The notes: generated by a model not told the origin, from the sequence alone. DNA of 64,000 bases from Gemmatimonadota bacterium (GCA_039591655.1 JBDHDE010000006.1:35436-99435), one strand, 5' to 3'. Numbered from the stretch's first letter, positions 10,424 to 20,885 are shown. A program made the numbers and translations.

Positions 10424-11147
10424 GATCCTCGCGAACTTGCGGGAGCGCATCACCAACTCGGATGTAGAATTGGTGATCGAGCTGCTGTCCCGCGGTGATG
10501 CATTGCACAAGCAGGAGCTCGTGCGCACGGCGGAGACGCGTGGCATCGACGTCCTGCTCGATGCGCCGGCTCTGCCCGAGTTGCTGCGTGCGGCGCCGCG
10601 ACTGGAGCAGCCCTCGGCTCCGCTCTTCATCTATGTCGCCGTGCGCCATGCGCTCCGCGGCTGCGGCATCGATGACCGGCGCCTGAGCGACTATCTGGGT
10701 TCGCTCCTGTACGAGTTCGGCATCAGGGACCGCGCCTGCCGGATCGGCCGGGTCGACGACGAGGAGTTCCTGTACCTGACCGACCTCGTTGCCGCGGTCG
10801 CCGCGGTGCCCGGGCGGCGAGGGTTCTTGCTGCGCGCGCACCTCGGCAATTTCAGTCTGTGGCTCGCCGGTGTCTTTCCCGACCACATCACCACGCGCGA
10901 AGAGCGCCGCGGCGCCCCGGGCCTGCGCTTCTACGAGGAGATGGGTGCTCGCGGATACCGCCTCGCCGCGGATCACCGGCTCGCTCGCCAGTTCGACCTG
11001 GCGCAGATCTACCGGCGGGCGGCCCAGTCATTCACCCCGATCCGCATAGCGCTGAACCGGCTCTCCGACCGTCTCCTCTTCCCCCACATCAACACCCCCG
11101 GCCGCCTACTGCGCCAGGTGGCTGACGAATTCGGCTCGCAGCGGTGA
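10422..11147 (+). CDS. Conserved hypothetical protein
   Basis: 241-aa ORF with normal protein-like composition, filling the gap between two opposite-strand genes. Confidence 0.75.
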   Translation: MILANLRERITNSDVELVIELLSRGDALHKQELVRTAETRGIDVLLDAPALPELLRAAPRLEQPSAPLFIYVAVRHALRGCGIDDRRLSDYLGSLLYEFGIRDRACRIGRVDDEEFLYLTDLVAAVAAVPGRRGFLLRAHLGNFSLWLAGVFPDHITTREERRGAPGLRFYEEMGARGYRLAADHRLARQFDLAQIYRRAAQSFTPIRIALNRLSDRLLFPHINTPGRLLRQVADEFGSQR

Positions 11148-11157
11148 CCGCCCCGGC

Positions 11158-11646
11158 TCAGCCGGCCGTGGTGTCGATGCTTCCGAAGAGCGGGCAGCGC
11201 GGATCGCTCACCCTGGCCCAGCTCACGCGGGCGCCGTGGAGCGGGATGGTGTAGTTCCCGCCTGCCACACCGCCGAGCAGCGGCGCTCCCAAGGGCGGCT
11301 CGGTCTCGTAGATCAGCACGCCCTTGAAGGTGTCCAGCGAGTCCTCCACCAGCGCCAGGCCCCAGCCGGGATAGCTGGGAAACCCCGGCCCCTCGTACGC
11401 CACGAGGATTCCGTCCTCGCTCTCCGCTACGAGCGCAGCGGTGGTGCCGTACCCTACCACCCGGGCCGGCACGGTACCCGCGAGCCCCGCCGGCGCCGCC
11501 TCCAGGAACCGGCCGCTTCCCCGGAGCTGCTCCAGGACCATCGTCGCCCCCGCCATCGCGGCGATACCGCACGAGGCGGTGTTCTCAGGGTTGCTCGGGC
11601 TGCAGGCGAGCGCGACCATCGGCAGCACACACAAGAATCGTCTCAT
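11158..11646 (-). CDS. Hypothetical lipoprotein
   Basis: Lipobox ALAC after short signal peptide. Confidence 0.7.
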   Translation of the reverse strand: MRRFLCVLPMVALACSPSNPENTASCGIAAMAGATMVLEQLRGSGRFLEAAPAGLAGTVPARVVGYGTTAALVAESEDGILVAYEGPGFPSYPGWGLALVEDSLDTFKGVLIYETEPPLGAPLLGGVAGGNYTIPLHGARVSWARVSDPRCPLFGSIDTTAG

Positions 11647-11743
11647 CGACTGAATTGTACGCCGCGGACCGGGCCCTGACTACCCGGATTCCCTGGTGGG
11701 CGCGGCGGCTTCCGGTGCCGGCGACACCCACGCGAGGTGTCGC

Positions 11744-11772
11744 TTGACCCCCTCTGATCGGCCGGGTATGCT
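11744..11772 (+). promoter_or_regulatory. Sigma70-type promoter for the FmdB-pspA locus
   Basis: TTGACC-17 bp-TATGCT. Confidence 0.7.
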
Positions 11773-11811
11773 AACGTTGAAATCACCCTCTTCAGCGCCG
11801 AGGTTGGCAGC

Positions 11812-11976
11812 ATGCCGACGTACGAGTATCGCTGTGCCAAGTGTGGCAAGCAGTTCACTCGTGTAGAGCAGATTTCGCAGCACGGGCACAAGCGCCTCTC
11901 CTGTCCCAAGTGCAAGTCGACCAAAGTGACGCAGCTCTTCACGCCGTTCTTCGCCAAGACCGCGAAGAAGAGCTGA
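11812..11976 (+). CDS. FmdB-family zinc-ribbon protein
   Basis: Below the ORF-track cutoff. MPTYEYRCAKCG...CPKCKS (CxxC...CxxC). Confidence 0.9.
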   Translation: MPTYEYRCAKCGKQFTRVEQISQHGHKRLSCPKCKSTKVTQLFTPFFAKTAKKS

Positions 11977-12546
11977 GTGTTCGAGAGCCTGCGCGCCGCC
12001 ATCAATGCCGCACTCGATGCGGCCACGCCGGATTCCGATCCGCGTGATCTGATTTCCCAGATGCGCTCGGCGGTGATCGAAGCCCGCATGTCCATCGAGA
12101 AGATGCGGGAGGGTGTGGCCAAGACCGAGCAGCGGTTGGCCATCGAGCGGCAGAAGCTGGCTGACGCCGAGCGCCGGGGGCGTCTCGCCGCCGGCATCCA
12201 GGATCAGGAGACCGTGGAGGTCGCCGAGCGTTTCGTGGCGAAGCATCGCGAGCGGGTCGGCGTTCTGGAGTCCAAGCTCGAGGCGCAGAAGGCCGAGCTG
12301 GAGCTGGCTGATCGGGAATACAACGAGATGAAGCAGCAGCTCCTGGAGCAGGAGCGGAAGCGGCCCGAGTCGGACGCCGCCCGGAAGGTCGAAACGGCGT
12401 GGCGTGATCTGGAGGCTGCGGGTCTGTCGCGGCCGGAAACCGACGTGGAAGGCGAACGGCTGCGTCGGCAGATGGAGCGGGAGGCGCGGGAAGCGCGGGC
12501 CGACGAGCAGCTCGAGGAACTCAAGCGGCGAATGGGCAAATCCTAG
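11977..12546 (+). CDS. PspA/IM30-like coiled-coil protein
   Basis: All-helical coiled coil; AINAALD...DPRDLISQ N-terminus resembles PspA. Confidence 0.65.
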   Translation: MFESLRAAINAALDAATPDSDPRDLISQMRSAVIEARMSIEKMREGVAKTEQRLAIERQKLADAERRGRLAAGIQDQETVEVAERFVAKHRERVGVLESKLEAQKAELELADREYNEMKQQLLEQERKRPESDAARKVETAWRDLEAAGLSRPETDVEGERLRRQMEREAREARADEQLEELKRRMGKS

Positions 12547-12555
12547 GGGTGCACC

Positions 12556-12954
12556 GTGGACATCAAACCTGGCCGGATGGTCTATCTGGGGTACGGGAAG
12601 TACTGGCGCTCGGACGCCATTGTGGGGCTGAGGCCCATCGAGGGAGACGACCGCGGGCCCGGCCGCCGCACCGAGGTCTACACGGCGACGTTGGAGGAGC
12701 CCATCGTCGCCTCGCGCAGTGAGAGCGCCATCCTGCGGGACATGGCTTTCGCGGGCGAGGAGCAGTTCCGTATGCGGGAGGCTCGGGAGGTGATGGGGGA
12801 CTTGCTGGACGCGCTGGAGGACGTGCCCGACGTCCTGCGGCGCATGCTGGCCACCGAGGCGCACTTCGACGTGCACGCGTGGATGCGGCGCCTCAAAGCT
12901 CTGGTCAAAGTGGAGGTGCAGGCCAGCGAGGATCAGCCGGAGCTGTTCGAGTAG
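12556..12954 (+). CDS. Hypothetical protein, N-terminus RemA/DUF370-like
   Basis: VYLGYG...IVGL.P...GRRT pattern. Confidence 0.6.
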   Translation: MDIKPGRMVYLGYGKYWRSDAIVGLRPIEGDDRGPGRRTEVYTATLEEPIVASRSESAILRDMAFAGEEQFRMREAREVMGDLLDALEDVPDVLRRMLATEAHFDVHAWMRRLKALVKVEVQASEDQPELFE

Positions 12955-13048
12955 TCGTTGTAGCCTCGAGGGGTACTGAGGTGGGGGCCCCCGAGGCAAT
13001 CCGCCGTACCGGAATCCCCAGTCAATGCCGGCCTGAGAGGAGGAAGGG

Positions 13049-14527
13049 GTGATCTACTTCTGGGCGATCGTCGTCTACCTAGCTGTCCTCATCATGATCA
13101 GCGTCTACCGCAGCCTGCGGGTCAAGACGCAGGACGACTTCATGGTCGCCGGGCGCAGGGTCACGGCGATCTTCCTCGTCGGGACGCTGGTCTGCACCTG
13201 GATCGGGTCGGGTTCGCTGTTCGGCGGGGCGGGGCGGGCGTTCCGCAACGGGTTCTCGGCGCTGTGGATGAGTGCCGGGGCCTGGTTGGGCATTGCCATC
13301 GTCTACTTCCTTGCCCATCGCGTGCGCCGCATCGCGCAGTACACGGTCCCGGATCTCCTGGAGACCCGCTACAATCCGAGCGCCCGTGTCCTGGGCACGA
13401 TCGCCATAATCATCGCCTACCTCACCATCGCGAGCTATCAGTTCATCGGCGGTGGCCGGTTGCTGAACATCCTTATGGGGTGGGACCCGGCGGTAGGTGC
13501 CGCCATCACCTGCGCTCTGGTCGTGGTGTACACGGTGCTCGCCGGGATGATGTCCATTGTGGCCCTGGACATAGTCAACGGTCTGCTGATCACGGGGGCG
13601 GTGCTCGTCGCGGCACCCCTGACGCTCAAGGCCGCCGGCGGCTTTGCCGGGCTCTCGGCCACTCTCCCGGCAACCCACTTCACTGTGTTCGGCAGCCTCG
13701 GTGTGGCAGCGTCGCTGGGATTATTCTTCCCCACGTTCTTCCTGCTGCTGGGCGAGAGCAGCATCTATCAGAAGTTCATGTCCGCCAAGAGCGAGAAGGC
13801 GGCGCGCCAGGCGGTGATCGGGATGATCGTCGGGGTGATCGTGGTGGAGACGGTGCTCGCCTCGGTGGCGGTGTTCGGCGCCGGTGTGTTCTGGAACGAC
13901 TTGCCCTTCATGGAAGGAGGTCAGTTCGTCAGGGAGGAGACCGAGACGATCGTGCTCCACGTAGCTCGCCACACGTTACCGCTGGTCCCCGGGATCGCGC
14001 TGCTGGCGGGAGCGGTCGCCATCATCTTCTCCACCGCGAACACCTTCCTGATGGTTCCCTCCACCAACTTGGCTCGCGACATCTACCAGCGGTTCATCAA
14101 CCCGAACGCAGGAGAGCGGCTGATCGTGATGTTCCAGCGGGTGATGATCGCCGTGTTGGCGGTGGTAGCCTACGTTGTCTCGACCTTCTTCGAGAGCATC
14201 CTGGACATGGCGCTCTACGCCTACACGATGGTGGGGGCCGCGGTGACCCCCGCCCTGTTGGCGGCCTTCCTGTGGCGCCGCGTCACGCCGCCGGCCGGCA
14301 CGGCGTCCATCGCGGCCGGGATCGTGGCGACCCTGATCTTCGCGGGGCTCGCCAACGCGGGGGTCGAGAGCCTGCCGCTGGGATTCGTGAATCTGCCGTT
14401 GAGCTACGATTACATCATCTACCCGGCAGCGGTGGCTTCCATCCTGTGCCTCGTGGGGGTGAGCCTGGCCACTCCGCCGTCACCCGAGGAGAAGTGGCGT
14501 CCCTTCTGGCAACAGCGAGCGGAGTGA
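13049..14527 (+). CDS. Sodium:solute symporter family protein
   Basis: DFMVAGR, many transmembrane helices, AGGAGG RBS. Confidence 0.92.
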   Translation: MIYFWAIVVYLAVLIMISVYRSLRVKTQDDFMVAGRRVTAIFLVGTLVCTWIGSGSLFGGAGRAFRNGFSALWMSAGAWLGIAIVYFLAHRVRRIAQYTVPDLLETRYNPSARVLGTIAIIIAYLTIASYQFIGGGRLLNILMGWDPAVGAAITCALVVVYTVLAGMMSIVALDIVNGLLITGAVLVAAPLTLKAAGGFAGLSATLPATHFTVFGSLGVAASLGLFFPTFFLLLGESSIYQKFMSAKSEKAARQAVIGMIVGVIVVETVLASVAVFGAGVFWNDLPFMEGGQFVREETETIVLHVARHTLPLVPGIALLAGAVAIIFSTANTFLMVPSTNLARDIYQRFINPNAGERLIVMFQRVMIAVLAVVAYVVSTFFESILDMALYAYTMVGAAVTPALLAAFLWRRVTPPAGTASIAAGIVATLIFAGLANAGVESLPLGFVNLPLSYDYIIYPAAVASILCLVGVSLATPPSPEEKWRPFWQQRAE

Positions 14528-14547
14528 CGCGAGCCTCGCGGTAGCCG

Positions 14548-15591
14548 CTACCGGCTCTCTGCGTCGCTGGATGATGCTCCACTGGGGGGTGTGGCCGCCC
14601 CGGGGGAGGGCAGCGGCTCCTCGGCGTAGTGGCACGCCACCCACCGGCCGCGATCCATCTTGTAGAGCACCGGCGGCTCGCTGGAGCAGCGAGCGTCCTT
14701 CTTGGGATGTGGGCAGCGAGGGTGGAACACGCAGCCCGGTGGCGGCCGGTGCGCGCTGGGCGTCTCTCCCTTGAGCACGAGACGCTGCTGCTCCCGGTTG
14801 GGATCCGGGGCCGGCGCCGCTGATAGCAGGGATGTGGTGTACGGGTGGAGCGGCTGCTCGTAGAGCGCTCCGGCGCGGGCCAGCTCCATCAGCTTCCCGA
14901 AGTACATGACGGCGACCCGGTCCGCCAGTTGTCGTACGACGGCGAGGTCGTGGGCGATGAACAGGTAGGTGAGCCCCCGGCGCTCCTTGAGCTCGGCCAG
15001 GAGGTTGAGGACCTGGGCCTGAACCGAGACGTCCAGTGCGGAGACCGGCTCGTCCAGCACTATGAACTCGGGCTCCACCGAGAGGGCCCGGGCGATCCCC
15101 ACACGCTGCCGCTGACCGCCGGAGAGCTCGTGGGGGTACGCCGTCATGTAGGACGGGTCGAGCCCGACTTCCCGGAACAACGCGGCTACGCGCTCGTCGG
15201 CCTGAGCCCCCCGGACGATGCGGTGCACGATCATGGGCTCCCGCACCGCGGCGCCCACCGTCATGCGTGGGTTGAGGGAGCCGGAGGGATCCTGGAAGAC
15301 TATCTGCAGCCGTTGCCGCAGCGCCCGCAGGGAGCTGCCGTCCAGGGTGAAGAGGTCGACACCGTCGAACCGTACGGTGCCGCTCGTCGGCTCCAGTAGA
15401 CGCAACAAGAGCCGGCCCAGGGTCGTCTTGCCGCTCCCGCTCTCGCCCACGAGCCCCACGGTCTCTCCCCGCGAGATGTTGAAACTCACCCGCTCGACGG
15501 CTCGCACGGCGTGGCGGGCGCCGAACAGGCCGCCCCCGGTGCGGAACACCTTCACGAGATGCTCGACCTCGACCAGCGGCGGCCCGGCCAC
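14548..15591 (-). CDS. Peptide ABC transporter ATP-binding subunit (OppF/DppF type)
   Basis: GESGSGKT, LSGGQRQR, LDEP, GCVFHPRCP; GTG start inferred at 15591. Confidence 0.92.
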   Translation of the reverse strand: MAGPPLVEVEHLVKVFRTGGGLFGARHAVRAVERVSFNISRGETVGLVGESGSGKTTLGRLLLRLLEPTSGTVRFDGVDLFTLDGSSLRALRQRLQIVFQDPSGSLNPRMTVGAAVREPMIVHRIVRGAQADERVAALFREVGLDPSYMTAYPHELSGGQRQRVGIARALSVEPEFIVLDEPVSALDVSVQAQVLNLLAELKERRGLTYLFIAHDLAVVRQLADRVAVMYFGKLMELARAGALYEQPLHPYTTSLLSAAPAPDPNREQQRLVLKGETPSAHRPPPGCVFHPRCPHPKKDARCSSEPPVLYKMDRGRWVACHYAEEPLPSPGAATPPSGASSSDAESR

Positions 15592-16580
15592 TACGGCCGC
15601 CTCCGGCCCGGCTCGTAGACCAGCCAGCAGCGGGCCCGGTGGTCGCGAGCCACGCCCAGGGGGTTGGGGACCTCGGCCGCACATTGCTCCCACGCGTGGG
15701 GACAGCGGGGGTGGAACCGGCACCCCGGCGGCCAGTCGCTCGCCGGCGGCACGGCGCCGGGGATCGTGGGCAGCCGGTCGGCCGTGCGGTCGAGACGCGG
15801 GATCGCCTCCAGCAGGGCGGCGGTGTAGGGGTGCTCCGGGTTGGAGAACACGGTGGCGGCGGGACCCTCCTCCACGATCTGCCCGCCGTACATCACCGCG
15901 ACGCGATCGGCGATCCCGGCCGCCACCGCCAGGTCGTGGGTTATGAGGATCATCGCCATGTCGAGCCGGCGCTTGAGGTCCGCCAACAGCTCCAGGATCT
16001 GCGCCTGGATCGTGACGTCGAGGGCCGTGGTGGGCTCGTCGGCGATGAGGATCTTGGGCTGGCAGCACAGTGCCATGGCGATCATGACGCGCTGCTGCAT
16101 GCCCCCGCTCATCTGGTGGGGGTAGTGGTCCACCCGCTGGTCAGGATCGGGAATACCTACCAGCTCCAGCGCCTCGACGGCCCGGCGGCGGGCCTCCCGG
16201 CGGCTGATCTCGCGATGGGCCCGCAGGGTCTCGACGATCTGGGTGCCGACGGTGAGCACCGGATTGAGGCTGGTGGTCGGCTCCTGGAAGATCATGGCGA
16301 TCTCTGCGCCGCGGATTCGGCGCAGCTCTTCCGGGGCCAGGGTCATGACGTTGGCGTCCCCATACTCCACCAGGCTCTCGTCCGCGATTTGTCCCGGCGG
16401 CTCCGGGATGAGCCGCAGGATGGAGAGTGCCGTCACCGTCTTGCCACACCCCGACTCCCCCACGATTCCCAAGGTCTCGCCGGGGAACAGATCGAATGAC
16501 ACGCCGTCCACCGCCCTGGCGACGCTCCGGCCGCTGCCGAAGCTGGTGCGCAGGTCCCGGACGCGGAGCAGCGGGTTCAT
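15591..16580 (-). CDS. Peptide ABC transporter ATP-binding subunit (OppD/DppD type)
   Basis: GESGCGKT, MSGGMQQR, ADEPTTALD; ATG 16580 overlaps the permease stop. Confidence 0.92.
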   Translation of the reverse strand: MNPLLRVRDLRTSFGSGRSVARAVDGVSFDLFPGETLGIVGESGCGKTVTALSILRLIPEPPGQIADESLVEYGDANVMTLAPEELRRIRGAEIAMIFQEPTTSLNPVLTVGTQIVETLRAHREISRREARRRAVEALELVGIPDPDQRVDHYPHQMSGGMQQRVMIAMALCCQPKILIADEPTTALDVTIQAQILELLADLKRRLDMAMILITHDLAVAAGIADRVAVMYGGQIVEEGPAATVFSNPEHPYTAALLEAIPRLDRTADRLPTIPGAVPPASDWPPGCRFHPRCPHAWEQCAAEVPNPLGVARDHRARCWLVYEPGRRRP

Positions 16581-17413
16581 CGCGCCCGCGGATCGATGGC
16601 GTCCCGCAGCCCGTCGCCCAGTAGGCTGAAGCCCACTACGGTGACCACGATGGCGACGCCGGGAAAGGCGGCGACCCAGGGAGCAACGGCCAGCGCCTGC
16701 TGCCCCTCGGCGATGATCGATCCCCAGGAGGGGGTCGGGGGGCTGACGCCGAGCCCGAGATAGGAGAGTGCCGCTTCGGTCAAGATGATCTGCCCGATGC
16801 CGAGTGTCGCCGTGACGATGATCGGCGCGGCGAGGTTGGGCAAGAGGTGGCGCAGGGCGAGGCGGGGCGGGCCCAACCCCAGCGCCCGGGCGGCCACGAC
16901 GAACTCCCGCGTCTTGAGGCTCAGCACTTCGGCCCGGACGATGCGGCTGGCGTCGAACCAGCTGGTGAGACCGAGGATGGCGATGAGACCGACCACCCCC
17001 ACGTTCTCCCATAGCACCAGAACCACGAGGAGGAGGAAGACCCGCGGCACCGCCAGGGCGGCATCGATGGCCCGCATGAGCACCGCATCCACTACGCCCC
17101 CGGCGAGGCCTGCGGTGAGTCCGACCGCCGTGCCGATGGTGACGGACAGCACCACAGAGAGAACCGCGATGGCGAGGGAGATGCGCGCCCCGTAGAGCAC
17201 GCGGCTGAGCAGATCGCGGCTATAGAAGTCGGTGCCGAAGGGATGCTCCGCCGACGGAGCCAGGTACTGGCCGCGTACCAGGTCCAGCTGGGCCGTGGGC
17301 TCGTAGGGAACCAGCCACGGCGCAAGGGCCGCTGCGAGACACAGGAGCGCGACGAGGGCCATGGCGACTCGTGCGCGCCGCTGCCTCAACAGCCGGTGGA
17401 GCGTGCCGCTCAT
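16577..17413 (-). CDS. Peptide ABC transporter permease (OppC/DppC type)
   Basis: HPFGTD, EFVVAARALG, PSWG. Confidence 0.92.
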   Translation of the reverse strand: MSGTLHRLLRQRRARVAMALVALLCLAAALAPWLVPYEPTAQLDLVRGQYLAPSAEHPFGTDFYSRDLLSRVLYGARISLAIAVLSVVLSVTIGTAVGLTAGLAGGVVDAVLMRAIDAALAVPRVFLLLVVLVLWENVGVVGLIAILGLTSWFDASRIVRAEVLSLKTREFVVAARALGLGPPRLALRHLLPNLAAPIIVTATLGIGQIILTEAALSYLGLGVSPPTPSWGSIIAEGQQALAVAPWVAAFPGVAIVVTVVGFSLLGDGLRDAIDPRAR

Positions 17414-18384
17414 CGCGCGCTCCGCGTGCGGGGATCGACGACGCGGTATAGCAGGTCGGCGAGGAGGTTACCGAGGACCACCATTACAGCGGCGATGATC
17501 GCCACCGCGGTCACGACGGCGTAATCGCGACCGTGGATGGCGTCGACGGCGAGCTTGCCCATGCCGGGCCAGGCGAACACGGTCTCCACCAGCACCGAGC
17601 CGGACAGGAGGAGCGGAAACGAGAGGCCGAACAGCGTCACGGCCGGCAGCAGCGCGTTGCGCAGCGCGTGGCGCAGGAAGACGCCCCGCGGTGTGAGTCC
17701 CTTTGCCCGCGCCGTCCGAACGAAGTCCTGCCCGATGACCTCCAGCATCTCCGCGCGCTGGAACCGCGCCGTCGCGGCGGCGCCCATGAGGCCAAGGGTG
17801 AGCGCCGGGAGGACGAGGTGGGCCAGGCGGTCCGTGAGCCGGCCGAGAGGTGAGAGAAACGGGTGCACCGCCTCGTCGATCACGCCACCCACCGGAAGCC
17901 AGCCGAGCTGCACGCCGAACAGCAGCAACAGCATCACCCCCAGCCAGAACACGGGCATGGAGTAGAGCGTCAGCGTCAGCAAGGATAGGGCGTCGTCCAG
18001 CGGGGAGCCTTCCTTGGCCGCCTGGAGCGCTCCCACCAGCACGCCGACGCCGAAGGTGATCACCAAGGCGGTGGCGGCGAGCAGCAGGGTGTTGGGGACG
18101 CGCTCGGCGATGGCCTGGGCCGCCGGACGGTGCTCGCGGAAGGAGTAGCCGAAGTCGCCCCGCACGATGTTCCCCAGATAGCGCAGGTACTGGACGTAAA
18201 CGGGTTGGTCCATGCCGAAGTTGCGGCGCTGCTGCTCGACGACCTCGGCGGGGATGAGCGTCCCTTGGCTGGACGTCGTGAAAGGATCGCCCGGCGAGAG
18301 ATGCACCAGGAAGAACGTCAGGGTGGCGACCAGAAAAACGATCCCGGCCGCGTGCACCAACCGGAGCGTGATGAACCGTGCCAC
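17410..18384 (-). CDS. Peptide ABC transporter permease (OppB/DppB type)
   Basis: GDFGYS, FVRTARAKG, ETVFAWPG, DPR. Confidence 0.92.
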   Translation of the reverse strand: MARFITLRLVHAAGIVFLVATLTFFLVHLSPGDPFTTSSQGTLIPAEVVEQQRRNFGMDQPVYVQYLRYLGNIVRGDFGYSFREHRPAAQAIAERVPNTLLLAATALVITFGVGVLVGALQAAKEGSPLDDALSLLTLTLYSMPVFWLGVMLLLLFGVQLGWLPVGGVIDEAVHPFLSPLGRLTDRLAHLVLPALTLGLMGAAATARFQRAEMLEVIGQDFVRTARAKGLTPRGVFLRHALRNALLPAVTLFGLSFPLLLSGSVLVETVFAWPGMGKLAVDAIHGRDYAVVTAVAIIAAVMVVLGNLLADLLYRVVDPRTRSAR

Positions 18385-18385
18385 G

Positions 18386-20026
18386 CTACTCGCTGTAGCG
18401 GTCGCGATCGATCATGCGCGTGGCCGGCACGTGCCACCGCCACAGTGTGGCCACGAAGTTGTCCGGCCTCACGGAGACACCCTCGAAGCGGGCGTGCACC
18501 CCGGCGTTGGGCGCCGAGCCGTATATCCAGATGGCCGGGACGTCGCCGTTGATGAGGGTCACGGCCCTGCGCCACCTGGTGCGGGCGGTGGCCACGTCCA
18601 GCGCCGCCTGAGCCCGGCGCACGGCTGCATCGAAAGTCGGGTTGGCGTACGTGCCGTAGTTGTAGCCGGCGCCGGAGACCCACAGTTCCGCTATCGACGC
18701 CGGGCTGGGATCGCCGCCGTACGAGCCGAACCAGGCATCGAAGTTATGCGCCTGGCCCCGCTCCATGAACGCACCGAAGTCCAGCAGCGAGATCGTCATC
18801 GAGATCCCGGCGCGGCGCAGCTGCTCCTGGAGAATCTCCGCCGAGCGTCGCCGCGCGGTACTCGTGTTGGGCACGAGGAGGTCGAACTGCAGGGCCGCGC
18901 CGTCCCTGTCCAGCAGGCCGTCGCCGTCGGTGTCCCGCCACCCCAGGACGGCCAGCTTGCGCCGTGCCCCTGCAGTGTCGAACGGCACCTGCTCGTACTC
19001 CTCGTGGGAGATCCACTGAGACGGGCTCATCGGCCCCTTGGCAACGATGCCGTCCTCCCCGAATACCGCCCGTACCATGGTCTCGCGGTCCGCCGCCATG
19101 GCGATGGCCTCCCGCACCGCCCGGTCGCCGAACAGGGGGTGGGGCCGGTCGTGGTCCTCGGGGTCGCGCTGGTTGAACAGGACGTATCCGTAGATAGTGG
19201 ACGGCGTCCATGGGACGGCCCGCAAGGTCTCCTCCGCGCGTACCCGCTCCAGGGCGTCCGGCGGCAGGGCGTTCAGCACGTCGGCCTCGCCGGCCAGGAA
19301 CTGGGCCACGGCGGTGTTGACGTCGGCGGTGAACCGCCAAATGACGCGCCGTACTCCCGGCCGGCCCAGGAAGAACGCGGAGTCCGCCTCGAGCTCGATG
19401 GACTGCCCTGCGTTCCACCGCACGAACCGGTAGGGGCCGTTGCCGATGGGTCCGCGCCCGAACGGGTGGGAGGCCAGCTCGGCGCGGGGGATGGTGTCCA
19501 GCAGGTGCTTGGGGAGGACCCGCATGTGGTAGACCGCATCGAAGAGCATGTCCTGGTACGGTCGCTGAAACCTGAACACCACGGTCTGCGAGTCCCTCGC
19601 CGTCACCGCCGCGATGGTCAGCACCCGCGGCCGCGCTGTCGAGGCGACGACGGAGTCACGGTACACGTCGAACGTGAAGACGACGTCCTCGGCGGTCACC
19701 GGCGCGCCGTCGTGCCACCGGGCATCGGGGTGGAGGGTGAACCGGATGGTGCGCTCGTCCTCGAACGCCCACTCGCTTGCGAGCTCGGGCTCGAAGCCGT
19801 CCATGGTGCTCATGGCCGGACCGACGTCGGCGAGCTTGAGGAAGAGGAGGTCGCCGATGGCGTAGCCCACGTCCTGGCTCGTCGCCACCGGGAGCAGCAC
19901 GTCGGCTTCTGCCGCGGTGACCACCACGGCTGTGCCGCACCAGTTGCCGGTGCACGTCGGTTCCGGAGCGCACGCCGCGATTGCTAGGGAAAGGCCACAC
20001 AGGAACGGAGCTGCGCGTCGCGTCAT
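18386..20026 (-). CDS. Peptide ABC transporter substrate-binding lipoprotein (family 5)
   Basis: Lipobox IAAC; PELASEW, WHDGAPVTAEDV, GNGPY. Confidence 0.9.
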   Translation of the reverse strand: MTRRAAPFLCGLSLAIAACAPEPTCTGNWCGTAVVVTAAEADVLLPVATSQDVGYAIGDLLFLKLADVGPAMSTMDGFEPELASEWAFEDERTIRFTLHPDARWHDGAPVTAEDVVFTFDVYRDSVVASTARPRVLTIAAVTARDSQTVVFRFQRPYQDMLFDAVYHMRVLPKHLLDTIPRAELASHPFGRGPIGNGPYRFVRWNAGQSIELEADSAFFLGRPGVRRVIWRFTADVNTAVAQFLAGEADVLNALPPDALERVRAEETLRAVPWTPSTIYGYVLFNQRDPEDHDRPHPLFGDRAVREAIAMAADRETMVRAVFGEDGIVAKGPMSPSQWISHEEYEQVPFDTAGARRKLAVLGWRDTDGDGLLDRDGAALQFDLLVPNTSTARRRSAEILQEQLRRAGISMTISLLDFGAFMERGQAHNFDAWFGSYGGDPSPASIAELWVSGAGYNYGTYANPTFDAAVRRAQAALDVATARTRWRRAVTLINGDVPAIWIYGSAPNAGVHARFEGVSVRPDNFVATLWRWHVPATRMIDRDRYSE

Positions 20027-20051
20027 GATGCTGTGCTCCCTTCTCTTCGAG

Positions 20052-20885
20052 TCACCGCCGCCACGTCCACCCGGGATCCCGGAACCGTGCGACCTCGTCC
20101 GGCGGAGGATGAATCCGGGATTCCCGCCAATCTCCCGACCACTCCTGCCGGGCCTCGGCGGCAACGGCCGCGACTACCTCGTCGAAGCCCACGGCCCGCG
20201 AGAGCGCATCTCGCAGCGATGTCGCGGTCGGTGCGCCGGAGCGGCCCTGGGTGATACGCGCGACCACATCTTGACCGTCCTCCAGCAGGATGGAGCCGTG
20301 CTGTAGGAACGCCCCGCCCTCCCGCACCTGGGCGCTTCCCACCAGCTTGCGCCCGGCGACGACGATCTCCCCGCCCACGGGGGAGGCGAAGCACGGGCCG
20401 CTGCCGGGGCCGGCGGCCCCGCTCCGCGGTCGCCTGGCGAGCTCCGCGTCGACCCCGAGCCGCCGCAGTGCCGCCGCCAAGACCGCGTGGACCCTAATGT
20501 ACGCCTCCCTGAGGGACCCGAACAAATCGGCGGGGCCGGCCACGGCGTAGGTGACCTCTGTCTCGTGCCACACGGCCCGCCCCCCAGTGGGCCGGCGGAC
20601 GGTGTCCAAGCCGAGCCGGGCAATGGCATCGCTGTCGTAGCGGGTGAGGGCGGGTTCGTTGCGGCCGAACGAGAGGCAGGGCGGCGACCACCGGTACAGC
20701 CGCAAGAAGGCGACTCCCCCCTGCGCGTCGCACAGGAGGGAGTGGTCGAGGGCCATGTTTTCCGGGCCGGGCCGTCCGTCCGCCTCAACTATGAGGTGCC
20801 AGGAGACGTCGGTTCGTCGCGGCGTGTCCGTCGCGCCGGTCCCGGTGGTATGCCGCAGCGCCGTGCCCGTCGAGTCCTGTCTCAC
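20052..20885 (-). CDS. Lipoate-protein ligase A / LipM-like octanoyltransferase
   Basis: [31 protein letters not shown] overlap with the gcvP stop (start uncertain). Confidence 0.85.
   Translation of the reverse strand: MRQDSTGTALRHTTGTGATDTPRRTDVSWHLIVEADGRPGPENMALDHSLLCDAQGGVAFLRLYRWSPPCLSFGRNEPALTRYDSDAIARLGLDTVRRPTGGRAVWHETEVTYAVAGPADLFGSLREAYIRVHAVLAAALRRLGVDAELARRPRSGAAGPGSGPCFASPVGGEIVVAGRKLVGSAQVREGGAFLQHGSILLEDGQDVVARITQGRSGAPTATSLRDALSRAVGFDEVVAAVAAEARQEWSGDWRESRIHPPPDEVARFRDPGWTWRR

Noticed and set aside
11974..11979. TGA between FmdB and PspA-like ORFs as a second Sec codon
   Set aside because: No redox motif or clear SECIS hairpin; both ORFs look complete.
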